A stretch of DNA of 64,000 nt, taken from positions 28,954,001 through 29,018,000 of the forward strand of contig OZ241833.1 of the NCBI GenBank assembly GCA_965202585.1, read 5' to 3'. Positions 37,001 through 48,185 of the stretch are shown here, in pieces. The number at the start of each line of letters is the position of its first letter. Positions within the stretch are counted from its first letter, which is position 1. The position numbers and the translations under genes were made by a program. This DNA comes from Thalia democratica (lineage: Eukaryota). Below the pieces are notes generated by a model, which was not told the DNA's origin, did no database searches, and saw only the letters and a list, made by a program, of their open reading frames with translations.

Positions 37001-40000
37001 TAAAACCGAAAGACACTGTAAAGGAAAACTTTTGAAATAAATAGTTTCTAAAAAGACCAAGGCTTTAAATCTTTACAACTACTCTTATACTTTAAGTTTT
37101 ACCAAAAACTAGTTTAACATGATTGTAACAAACATCTTTATGGTATGAAAACTTTACTTTAATACTAGATCCTTTCAAGGCTCAATAAATATTTATAGTT
37201 CAACTATATCTAAAATATTCAATTCNNNNNNNNNNNNNNNNNNNNNNNNNNNNNNNNNNNNNNNNNNNNNNNNNNNNNNNNNNNNNNNNNNNNNNNNNNN
37301 NNNNNNNNNNNNNNNNNNNNNNNNNGGTTAGAAACTTGTGGATCAGAAGAATGGACAATTAGAAAACGTTAGAGTGAAACTTAAATACACTATTCAAAAA
37401 TAACAGTTTCACTTAAAAGATTCCGGTAAGTTTGACAATGACTCACAAACATGTAGTAGTTTTCAATACTAGTCTAATTAAAGGCATATGAGGCGGGGTG
37501 GGTACTTTTTTACATGTTAAAGTTATTTAAAACTAATTACTGATTTAATAGTTGCTCTTTACCGTTTATAAAAATTATGTTGTTTAGATATGAGGGTGCA
37601 AAGTCGGAGAGTTCAATAGAACTCTAATTTAAGGGTAAACTTAAATAGCGAAAAAATACTATTTCACCATAAATATATCTTTTTCTAAAGTTTTCCAGCA
37701 ATGTTTATAAAATTTTACGAGTATATATCTTAGTTAATAATTAACAATTCTATTAAAGCAATTTTAATAAAAAAAAAAGATTTTTTTTTTGGTCATAAAA
37801 TGTTTACTTTTTTTTTCTAGTGGTTAAAATATATTTTTTTCTTATAATACAAGACATTTCTTGAAAATTTGAGGTCAATTGCTTAAAAAAAGAAGAAGAT
37901 AGTTTTTAAGTTTAATTTAGGAGTAGATTGACAATGAAAATACTGCGGTCCATACGTTTGTGTTGGAAACTTAAAAATTAATATACAAAAAAATTAATTA
38001 AAATTTTTGTACACTGCAAAAACTGACTGATAGCTTATACTAAAAGCTTACATATAAAAGCCAACGTTAATTTAATATCAAATCTTATTAAACTATGCCC
38101 TTAACTGTGTTAAAAAAGAACAGATTTTAAGGCAAAATTAAAGTGAACATTTCAAAAATATTCCAAAAAAAATTCTAAGTTTAGTCTATAAGACAAGTGT
38201 TGCATAATTTTTGTCAATGTAAGATAAACCAAAGTTAAAAAATTAGGAATAACTATTCAAAGCTTTATGTTAGTAAATATTACTTAAAACTGAACTTTTT
38301 TAGTAGTATGATTAATTTACACAACATTCCTCTTATAAACAACTAAATGGACTTAAAGTTAAGTTTAGCATAATGCTCAGCTTTGAAACCTTTTTTTTAT
38401 CGATATACATGCCTAACAGAACAGTGAAACAATTGTATGTGTAAAATGTAGTGTTGTATTGATATATGTATATATAAAGAAAGATGACTTGCACGACATT
38501 TTTCACCATTAAAACTATAATTCTTATTAAGCAACACAGCTGTCTGAAGAAGTGAAAGGCTTTATTACACTTATAGGCTGTTGAAAACAAAACTATAATA
38601 AAAACGTTAGGTGTATTTAAATCTTCCAACCTGCAGCCTGTCGCGTTGAAACAGCTGATCGTGAGAAAAGTTTCTGTGCTGGGAAGCCGACTTGTTGAAG
38701 TAGCTGACGTCACTCATGTCGTCTTCTTCCCACAGCGCCGCCAACCCCGGGTTGATCGCGTTCGAATTTTGAAACTCGTTTCTTAAAATACGAAATCAAT
38801 TTTATTCACGCTGACGTTTATTACGTTTTGAGCTTTACGAATGCTTATAAAACCAATTTGCACTCAGCAAATAATTTTGTACTTTAATAAACTTTTTTTA
38901 AAGTAGTCCAATCACATTAGTAAGCACATATATAACAAACTCAATAATGTTCATACAAATACGTCACAAACATGTTGATGATGTCATCCGCGATGACGTC
39001 AACTTCCAGCTGGCAAGAGCTGTGAGGGGGAGCGACTTCGTACGGGATGACCTCGTCCTCGCTGACGCGGGCAAAGTCCCACTTCTTGTTGTACGGGCAC
39101 TGATCGGTGTGAGGTGATGTTTTGCTGGTGCCGCGGTCACACTTGCCGTTTGTGTTGCCTGGTTTTTAAAAAGGTTTATTTTTTGATTTTTGTTTTAAAA
39201 GCTTTAAAACATAACAAATTTTGATTAATTATATTATAGTTTTAATTTTAATCATTGTTGGTAGAAATAGCGCAGAAACTTAATACACGGAGAAGTATAA
39301 TTTATTTGAAATCAAAAATATAAAGTATATACATTCATTTTGTTTAAACAAGTTTTTTCTATTTTATATTTTTTATTATTTTATTCTTAGACTAATATTT
39401 AAAGCATAGAAGTTATAAAACAAGATATATTTTGTTGAAATATAGTAAAATGTTTATCTTTTTCTTTAAATTTTCTAACAAGAACAAAATTTCAATTCAG
39501 TTTCGAACAACAGAAAGTAAATTAATTCAATCAATAACATTTTCAACAACTCAAACCTTCTTTCTGGCGCGCCCAGAAGTGCTTGACGTGAATGAAGTTC
39601 ATGCCGTGGAGGTTGTAATCCATGAAGAACTGCATGATGAAGGTTATGTGGGCTTCGTGCACCTCGAAGCTCGTGTTCAGAACCGTTGCTGACTGCAGCA
39701 CGTCGCAAGCCCTGTGTGTGAAATAATCAGTCTAAATGGTAAAAAAGGTTTGCATGATGGTAACAAAAAATTGTAAAAAATGCCCTAAACTGTGCTATTT
39801 TTTTCTAGAAACTTTTCAGGGTTCCTGTTTCTTAAGACATAAAAGCTAACCTGAGCTGTGTCAAAAGCTGTGTAGCGTGAGTGTATGATGAAATTGAATC
39901 AGCAGAGCTTAAAATTATGGAAAACATTGCGGAATGTTAAAAAGACCTTTGTTTGGAAATTTTTCTCTAAACAATGCTTTTTCACAGGGTTGCCACTTTT

Positions 40001-43000
40001 TTACGCATGAAAGCAAGCCTGAGCTGCGTCAAACCAGCTTGAGTTTGTGATGAATTTGAAAAAAAAGTACTGTGAAGAGCTGAATGTATAACAACTAAAG
40101 TTCTATGTACATCTTATTTAAACAATCAGTTTAAACAAACAACCAGTAAAATGATAGAGAGCAATAAACGATATTAAGAAAAGTCTAAATTAAAAAAAAA
40201 AATCTTGATTTAATTCTATCTCTTTTAATTTAAAGTGAAAAAAATATTTTTAATCGTTAAACTTTTTTTTTTCTCATAACTTTGGTGTTCTTAAGATAAA
40301 TGAAACCAATCAAAAAATATTACTAAATAGTTTTGTTTTCAGACAGTTTTATTTAATTTATAACTTGATTAACAATAAATACTGTTGGTTGCAATCGTTA
40401 GTATTTAAAATTCAAACTATTAAACCCATAAGTACTTTCAATTTATTATAAAACTTAAAATTTTAAGAGTAGACAAATTTTAGAATATTTTTTTTTGGTT
40501 ATACTACAACTTTAAAAAATTAAAAGCTAGATCTCAAACTATTGTAGCATCGGTGTATTATCATATTATGTTATACTATAAGAAAACAGGTAAGCCGTAA
40601 TCCGGGGTCAAAAAACAACTCCAATTAACTATTGTTTCAGACAAAGCTATACTTAAATTTTCAAATACAAAAAAGCTAAACTAATAGCCCTTAAATAGCT
40701 GTCCAATGAAACAATAACCAGAACACTTTAGTTGCAAAGCTTTCGTCTTTTATTAGACATTTTCAATGCAAAAATACGGCTGTAAAAACAAAAATTAAAA
40801 CATAAAATTATATATATAAATGTTTTTAATTGATAAAATGACGTCTATTAAGAGCAAACAAAACACTTTATATATAAAAAAACTTTTTTTAATAAAAAAC
40901 ACATTTACTTTACTCCCATAACATTAAAAAGAGTTTTGCTCCACAAAATTACATATGCAATTAATATATAAATGTATGTTAAGAACTACTAAATAACACA
41001 AAGAAATACAAAAAAATATACAAAACAGATGCATCTATTCCAACTATAGATCAAAGTCAAATTTTAACCCAAACGATAAAACAGATGAAAATGCCTTATA
41101 TAGACACTACTATGTTAAACACAAGAACGATCTACAGAAAGAGTGTTGTTTTGATGACGCGTATGAAGTTGTTTTTTTGGAAGAACCGAATTTTAAGAAC
41201 CTTGACTATAAAGAATATTTTTGGATAAATAAACTCAAATCAAATATTAATTTAGCTAAAACACAATACAGTGATTTATAGGGGTAGAGTAGTTAAAGTA
41301 CATATTGTTAGATGCATCTGTTTTGTATATTTTTTTGTATTTCTTTGTGTTATTTAGTAGTTCTTAACATACATTTATATATTAATTGCATATGTAATTT
41401 TGTGGAGCAAAACTCTTTTTAATGTTATGGGAATAAAGTAAATGTGTTTTTTATTTAAAAAAGTTTTTTTATATATAAAGTGTTTTGTTTGCTGTTAATA
41501 GACGTCATTTTATCAATTAAAAACATTTATATATATATATATATATATTATGTTTTAATTTTTGTTTTTACAGCCGTATTTTTGCATTGAAAATGTCTAA
41601 TAAAAGACGAAAGCTTTGCAACTAAAGTGTTCTGGTTATTGTTTCATTGGACAGCTATTTAAGGGCTATTAGTTTAGCTTTTTTGTATATGTTATACTAT
41701 ACTAGCATAATAAATATCAAAATACCCAGTACTATGCTAATATTATTATTTATTTAAGATAAAAACAAAGTAATAACTTTTGTACTTACTTTTTTATATC
41801 AAATGGATTGTACAAGTAAATCTTTAGAAAAAGTTCATCTTCTTTACTGTACCCATAAAATTTTCTGTAAATATTTAATTTGTGCATTTAGAAATAATTG
41901 TATTGAAAAAAACATCTACAAATACATGCATAAAAGTTTAGACATATTAAAGTTTTTTAAGAAGTTTTAGCTTGATAAGTAGTCTCACAAAATATTTTTA
42001 AACTGTACATGTTTAAAATTAATTCTTTAGTATAGGTTATTAAACTAATTTAACTAAAGAGTTTAGAACAAATAAATAGGACACAGTAATTTATCCACTA
42101 ATAGGAGAATGATAATTAATATTTTTTTATTTTTGAATAAAAACAATTACTCAGTTTCACTGCAGAGCGGATTTTCAAATTATAAATCTGTAGTAAAATA
42201 ATAATGGTAAAAATGACAAATAATCAAAAACTGGTTTGTGTTAAGTTTTTATACAACAAAAAATAATAAATTAATTAAAAATTATGTTGATGCTAAACAA
42301 CCTTTAATTTAAAAACTATTAAATTATAGTCTTTTAGCAAATACAATACCATAGTTTAATTGTATTTGCTTCTAGACTATAATTTAATAGTTTTTAAATT
42401 AAAGGTTGTTTAGCATCAATATAATTTTCAATTTATTTATTATTTTTTTTGTATAAAAACTTAACACAAACCATTTTTTAATCATTTGTCATTTTTACCA
42501 TCATTATTTTACTACAGATTTATAATTTAAAAATCCGCTCTGTCGTGAAACTGAGTAATTGTTTATTCTCAAAAATAATAAATTACTAATTATAAAACTA
42601 ATACCATACAGTGGGCCCGCAACTGGAAAAAGCAAAAATAAAATTAAATTTATTTTTGAAAGTTTGTGGGTAGAAAGCCAAGATTCTTGCGGATTTAGTG
42701 ATTCAGAGTAAACTAAAAAATTCTTTTTATAACTAAAGTTATTCTTTTGGCGCGAGGCGAATTGAAGGGTTTTTGATTAGTTCAAATTTTGATGTCTTTT
42801 ATAAAATCAACGCTTAATTAAGGCCATAGGGGAATAAGCCATGTTTTTTACAAGTTGATCTTATTTTAACGAGTTTTTTCTAAGCTTGAAGATGCTTTTT
42901 ATCGTTTTAAAAAGTTCAAATTATTTTTTGAAATATGACCAGTCAAAGTCAGGCCGCATAATAGGTTCCCTATGGAAAGGGAAAATTAAAACAGCGAAAA

Positions 43001-45504
43001 AAGACTGTTTTATTTAAAATCTATGTCCCCCTACATTTTTCAAGCAATCTTCTTTAAACTTTTACAGTTTAATCTTTATACAATAACAAAAAATGTTACT
43101 TTGGAACTTAAAAAAAAATTGTAAAAACATTATTTTTTTGAAAAAAAAACTTTTTTTTTTAATTTTTGTGATAAAATTTTTATATTTTAACAAAATAAAA
43201 ATTCTAAAGTAACATTTTTTCCTTTTAGTATAAAGAACCTTTCCTAAAAGTTTTAAGAAGATTGCTTGAAAAATGAAGGAGATAGATTTTTAGTGAATTT
43301 TTAAACTTCCAAGAAAATTGACCCCAAAAAATTTGCGGTCCATACGTTAGTATTGGAAAGTTTTTACAAAAAATATATTATCTCAAAAGTTAAATGATAT
43401 TTTTGAATTCTATAAAAACAGGCTTGTAGTTTGTATTTAAAGCTTTCGTATAAAAGCCAAAGTTAATCTTTGTAAAAAAAAATGTCGGACACCCCCTATG
43501 GCCTTAAATAAAAAACTATTAAAAAATACTTTAACATCAAAGTATATTTATATTTTTCAAAGTTTAAAAAAGATACCTCAAAAAATTGTAAAATTTAAAA
43601 AACAATCATTAAAATTTTTAAATTCAGTTTTACAAATGTTGATTTTTTAAGAAAAGTCACTCCCTACTTTCAGTTAAACGCGATTCGGGCCCACTATGTA
43701 CCAGCTTTATAAGCAACGGAAAAACAACTTTATTGTTTAACATCATAACTTCAAGTTTTTCAATTATGCACCTGACTAGCATACAACACCATAAATAAGT
43801 CTGTTTGAAACTATTCCAATCCACAAAACCTTTACAATGAGCTCAGAACATAACAAAATGTCCTAACTCAATGTAAAAGTTATCAAACTTGTGAAAAATC
43901 AAGCATAAAAGTGTAAATTATCATAGTTATTTACAATAAGGTCGTAGGTGATGACACATTTTGCAACTCACTTGGCGCTGACGGGGGAAACTTTGTACAG
44001 CCGGTCGTACTTCGCGGCTTCGTTCGGCTGGTTGTAGTTCATGAACTCGTTCAGGCTGGCCGCGAACTTCTGCACGAACCTCTCGATGCCCTCGGTGGTG
44101 TGCTCGAACAGCCCTATCGGCTTGACCAGGACGTACGGGAAGCAGCCGTGGACGTGCATGCACGCCGTTTGACCTTGGGAAAGTATTTTTATTGTTAGGT
44201 TCTAGTAGGGTAGTTGCTCAATATATTAAGAGAAACATTTTGCAGTTTCATAAAAGATATTTTATTAATTTATACCACATGAAGACATATGATTTTAAGT
44301 AAGTTTGTAAATTTGAAGGAAAATTTTGCAATTTTAGTCTGACAAAAGAATTTATGACTGATTTTTACCATTTGAAGGCTTTGGAAAATAAGAAGTTTTT
44401 TTAATTTAACCTGACATTATCTAACTTTTTTTTTTTTAATTTCCTGAATCTTTTTCAAAACCTTCATTTTATCCTGACTTTTCCTGATTCCCTATCTTTT
44501 TTTGACCTTCTGGCAGCCTTGAGTTAGTCTTTTAAATCTTTTATTTAAGATTTTGTAGTAAATTTGATGTCTACTTGTTTTCTAAATTTATTTTACTTTA
44601 TGAGTAAAACTTCATATTTGCATTTGTATCATTTTTTAAAATAACTTTTAGTCGCTTAAGTTATTAAAAACTTATAAAATGATGAAACTTATTTAAATTA
44701 AAACTTAATTTGTTATAAAGACTTAAGTGTCATTTGATATTTTTTACTCCTTTATAAAATCTGAAGTATAATATTATTCGGGATTAAAGAATTTGATTGT
44801 CTTGAAATGCAGAAATGAACTATACTATAAAAAAAGCTTTTTTATTTGTTTTACCTTAACTAATGATTAACCTAACTATTTGATTAAAAATTTAAGGTTA
44901 ATTACTTTTTTATATAGATAAAATTAATCGAAGCTAATTTTTCTTTAAATATGGTATAGTTTTTGTAACAAGACTTACAAAAGTAAATTTAAAAGTTAGT
45001 CTTTAAAAAAAACTTAAGTATCAGAGCTCTTTTTAGCTTGAAAATTAATATAGACTTCTATACTTTAGTTCATATAACCATAACATTAACGATTATCCTT
45101 AAAATTAATTTATGTACAGCTAAGACAAAACAGCTATATAACAAATTTTTGATTTAACTATACATTTAACTTCTTTATTAAAACAAAATTGTTATAGCTA
45201 AAAACTAAAAACTTAAACATCTCTTCAGTTTGTTTAAAAAATGTTAATCCTTCCATAATTTAAGTACATTCTGTAAACTTTCACAAACAAGAATTTCTAA
45301 TCGCTTTTTTTTTTACTTGACAAACTTTATGACCTAACACAAATATGCGTTTGTACCTGACGGAGTTGATCCAAATATTCTAATGACGGGAACTCTTCCA
45401 ATTTTTTTGTGTGTGATGTCTGACTTCACACAGTCAATTCCATAAATTGGTTTCTGTAAGTACGAGTCTACAGAAAACATTCTCATAATGAAAACGTTTT
45501 CCAT
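25051..45504 (-). CDS. REV3L: DNA polymerase zeta catalytic subunit (REV3/REV3L), multi-exon gene
   Basis: Exons assembled by hand, all GT-AG, phases consistent except at one junction: 45357-45504 ([22 protein letters not shown]), 43972-44173 ([10 protein letters not shown]), 41790-41864 ([15 protein letters not shown]), 39557-39711 ([21 protein letters not shown]), 38972-39158, 38631-38781 ([11 protein letters not shown]), [phase mismatch across the gap], 35869-36076, 35074-35629 ([16 protein letters not shown]), 34675-34921, 33970-34313 (TRGSQF), 33449-33573 (VESMML), 32978-33091 ([11 protein letters not shown]-family region II), 32439-32625, 32024-32158 ([14 protein letters not shown], region III), 31495-31725 ([10 protein letters not shown], region I), 27600-27788 ([16 protein letters not shown]), 26591-26730, 26002-26293 (VPYVV), 25538-25717 (CLAC..CHVC, CysA), 25051-25188 (CRNC..C..DC, CysB, stop). 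About 4.0 kb of CDS is visible. Confidence 0.96.
27102..27563. mobile_element. Mutator-like foldback MITE in a REV3L intron
   Basis: Exact 9-bp TSD atataatgt (27093-27101 and 27564-27572). Left half has repeated aaattgcacga units, right half has the reverse-complement tcgtgcaa units. Confidence 0.7.
28614..30806 (+). CDS. Protein with three tandem divergent homeodomain-like repeats plus N/Q-rich tail; nested antisense in a REV3L intron
   Basis: ORF 29319-30806. Repeats: [45 protein letters not shown]; [46 protein letters not shown]; [47 protein letters not shown]. Each follows the homeodomain L-F/Y...P...LA..LGL....V..WF.N.R spacing. Probable upstream exons: 28922-28981 (phase 1-1) and an exon ending at the GTAAGT donor after 28793. 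Main-exon acceptor TAG|29422. The 5' structure is uncertain. Confidence 0.75.
36110..36625. repeat. Tandem repeat, ~166-167-bp unit x3
   Basis: ttagttgataaa recurs at 36122, 36289 and 36455. Confidence 0.9.
37226..37325. other. Assembly gap (100 N)
   Basis: Run of exactly 100 n inside a REV3L intron. Confidence 1.
37482..38100. mobile_element. TTAA-flanked non-autonomous DNA transposon (Kolobok-like)
   Basis: TTAA|AGGCATAT..CTATGCCC|TTAA. Shares internal motifs (gcggtccatacgtt; ataaaagccaa.gttaat) with 42822-43503. Confidence 0.6.
40581..41688 (+). mobile_element. 5'-truncated Penelope-like retroelement: GIY-YIG C-terminal half plus 3' region, preceded by an inverted copy of that 3' region
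   Basis: 41039-41281 reads ..[43 protein letters not shown]. Inverted arms 40665-41037 / 41309-41688. 13-bp TSD atgttatactata at 40568-40580 and 41689-41701. Confidence 0.75.
42113..42595. repeat. Long near-perfect foldback (~235-bp arms, ~10-nt loop near 42350)
   Basis: aattactcagtttcac..gagcggatttt pairs with aaatccgctc..gtgaaactgagtaatt; the pairing continues inward to agcaaatacaat / attgtatttgct. Confidence 0.9.
42609..43698. mobile_element. TA-flanked (Tc1/mariner-type) MITE hosting a nested TTAA element
   Basis: TA|CAGTGGGCCCG .. CGGGCCCACT(AT)G|TA. Confidence 0.6.
42822..43503. mobile_element. TTAA-flanked non-autonomous DNA transposon (Kolobok-like), nested
   Basis: TTAA|GGCCATAGGGG .. 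CCCCTATGGCC|TTAA (perfect 11-bp TIR). Confidence 0.8.
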
Positions 45505-46040
45505 TGTCCTAATTTAAAGCACCTTGTCCTTAAGTATACATTTTACCATTTAAAATGATGAAACAGGTTTATCTAGAAATATTTAAAGTAGTGCTTTTTT
45601 CTGATAATTTAGTATTTTGTAAAAATTAAACTGATTGTATTTTGTACACATTAATACACTACTTAAGTAATCTTTAAAATCCGCACCAAATTATTGTTAA
45701 ATTATAAAAACTCAAAATATTATAATTAATAAACTAAGAAACTGCAATGATAGCATTTATATTATATTTAGTCGTGAGTCTGATAGCTTATAAAGCCTAG
45801 GTAAAGCTAATCAATTTCATTAAATAGGAAGTTAAAAGTTATAAAATTTATTAAAAACTATTTACGTTCAGTAACAGATTATAAATAACAATAAAAAGTT
45901 TTTTTTTAAACAAAAGAAAACAAAGTTTTTGGTACTTTTTTTGCAGAACTGTCACTAAACTTTTTCAACTTGAGCTTAGCACACTCAATGTGATTAAACA
46001 CACTTTTTAGTCATTGAGCTAGATATTTTTGCTCACTCTA

Positions 46041-48185
46041 TTACCAATTGTAATTGTTTTGGAACCTTAGGGGTTGATTACTAAAAGACGGCTGCCTGCC
46101 GGTGAATATTTCATTGAACCCCACTTCTTCGCAGTTTCCGTACATGTCGAACTGCACCACTGCGAACGGTTCTGTCTGATGAACGTTCACGACAGTCGCT
46201 TCGTAAAACTTGCCGTCCTCCCAATACTTTGCCATCACTTTGTCACCAATAGCGTACCTTGGACTGTTTGGTTTTTCACTGAACCCCTGGGAGTTTTTCA
46301 TTCTGGGAGGAAGGTTTGATCTTTTGTTCAGATTTGAAGAGTTGTAAGCACTTTCTCTTTGATTAAACTTATTCTGTCTAAACTCATTACTGTTTGAATT
46401 AGCATTATTTTGTTTAGCAGAATAGTTTCTATTAGAACTTTTATCGTTGGAATTTTTTGTAAAGTTCTTATCACCACAATCATTATTTCTTTTTATTTGC
46501 TCATTATTAAGACGACGTTCTCTACAATTAGAAAAGTTATCATTTCTTTTAGTAGTATTTGCTGATATTTTTTTGTTTGAATTTGATGTTTTTAATTTTG
46601 CATTCTCTGAAACTGAAGGTCTATCAGACGTTTGCCCATAATGGGTGTTTATTGATTGTTGACCATGCATAAACTGTTGATTTCTGTTTTTTCCTTTATT
46701 TTCGTCTTTGCAATAGCTTTGTTTTTCTTTGAAATTAGAATTTTGGTGGGTCTCGTAGTATTTTTGTCTACTTGAGAAATCTTTATTTATATTCATATTT
46801 TGGAATTGGTTATTAAATGATGTTTTATTTTTCTTATCAAAGTTACTTTCAGACTTTTTATAACTGTTAGTACTGCTGTTTTTATCATACTTGTTAGTAC
46901 TGCTGTTTTTATTATACTTATTAGTATGGTTGTTTTTATTGTATTTGTTAGTACTGTTGTTTTTATTATACTCCTCATCTTTGTTACTAAATTGATCTCT
47001 TTGGTCATTTTTTCCATTCAACAAAGAGTCTAACGCATCTGTTAAACTTCCTTTATGCACACGAAGTTGTTCTGATGCTAACTTATAATTGAAACCCATT
47101 TCCATCAAAGTTTTTATGTTATCTTTATTTTCAACATAGGTGTAATTTTGTGTGCTATTTCTATCTTCATTTTCAAAATAAGTGTTTTTTCTTGTGTTAC
47201 TTCTATCATTATTTTCAAAATAAGTGTTATTCTTTGTATTATTTTTATCTTTATATTCAGAATAAGTGCTATTATTTAAGTTATTTTGGTCTTTATCATC
47301 AAAAGTGTTATTCCTGGTGTTATATCTGTCTTTATTTTCAAAACGAGCATTATTCTTTCTGTTATTTCTACGTGAGAAATTTTGTTCTACTTGAGGTAAT
47401 TTCTTAGTATTGCCAGAATGATCACCTAATGACTCCTCCCCTTTAGATTGGAAGTTTTTATTGTCAAAACGTTTGGTATTTTTTTGGCCAATGTTGTCAA
47501 TCACATTTTTCCTATCAATATCAAACTGACTTTCCTCTTTCTCTTGCTTGTCGTCCTCATCAGCCAACAAGCCTCTTGTAATGGTTCCTTTCTCGTACCG
47601 AGCGTCTATGCACTTTCCAAACGGAACGAACGCCGGGGGAGGATTAGACGAGTTGAACTGCTGAGAGGACTCGTCTCTTTTCATGTTGGCTTTCCATTTC
47701 GTGATCAGAGCGTCAACTTTTCCGCCAAGAATTTTAGCGCGGTTCTTTTCGAGCAAGAAAACTCCTTGCTTGGTGACCCTGGTGCCGCTCAACAGTTTTA
47801 TTTTGGTGCCGGGCGGGGTGTCCACGCTCACACCGAGCAACTTTTCATGCTCGACGCACTGCAGGTTCTTCTTGCCGTCCGTCAGAAACAAGGTGAGCAT
47901 CCTGGGCGCGTGCTCCGACGTCTGGTTGTAGGTCGGGGCCGAGACGTTTCGCACTTTGCTCACCTGCAGTACCATGTCCTCTGACAGCTCGGAAACGGGT
48001 TCTTTTTTCAGGTCGGGGATGCACGCCTCGCCAAACTTGTACAAGTCCAAGTTGAGAGCAGCGCCTTCAACTGATGCTTTCTTCTGCACTGGTGTGGCAG
48101 CTTTGTTTGCACTTGCCAAGCAAACGTTTAAACCTCTTTCGTTGAGGTGCCATCCAGAATTTTTGATAAATTCATTCACAACCAT
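46041..48185 (-). CDS. TDRD3: Tudor domain-containing protein 3 (DUF1767/OB-fold, UBA, Tudor), single coding exon
   Basis: 714-aa ORF. N-terminal GWHL..LNLDLYKFG..VLQVSKVRNVSAP..APRMLTLFLTDG..TPPGTKIKL (RMI1/TDRD3 OB-fold); UBA IKTLMEMGFNYKLASEQLRVHKGSLTDALDSLL; Tudor GDKVMAKYWEDGKFYEATV..VQFDMYGNCEEV. Confidence 0.93.
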   Translation of the reverse strand: MVVNEFIKNSGWHLNERGLNVCLASANKAATPVQKKASVEGAALNLDLYKFGEACIPDLKKEPVSELSEDMVLQVSKVRNVSAPTYNQTSEHAPRMLTLFLTDGKKNLQCVEHEKLLGVSVDTPPGTKIKLLSGTRVTKQGVFLLEKNRAKILGGKVDALITKWKANMKRDESSQQFNSSNPPPAFVPFGKCIDARYEKGTITRGLLADEDDKQEKEESQFDIDRKNVIDNIGQKNTKRFDNKNFQSKGEESLGDHSGNTKKLPQVEQNFSRRNNRKNNARFENKDRYNTRNNTFDDKDQNNLNNSTYSEYKDKNNTKNNTYFENNDRSNTRKNTYFENEDRNSTQNYTYVENKDNIKTLMEMGFNYKLASEQLRVHKGSLTDALDSLLNGKNDQRDQFSNKDEEYNKNNSTNKYNKNNHTNKYNKNSSTNKYDKNSSTNSYKKSESNFDKKNKTSFNNQFQNMNINKDFSSRQKYYETHQNSNFKEKQSYCKDENKGKNRNQQFMHGQQSINTHYGQTSDRPSVSENAKLKTSNSNKKISANTTKRNDNFSNCRERRLNNEQIKRNNDCGDKNFTKNSNDKSSNRNYSAKQNNANSNSNEFRQNKFNQRESAYNSSNLNKRSNLPPRMKNSQGFSEKPNSPRYAIGDKVMAKYWEDGKFYEATVVNVHQTEPFAVVQFDMYGNCEEVGFNEIFTGRQPSFSNQPLRFQNNYNW

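Noticed and set aside
25051-45504. Non-canonical splice sites or an alternative genetic code
   Set aside because: All assigned REV3L junctions are GT-AG, and conserved motifs translate correctly with the standard code.
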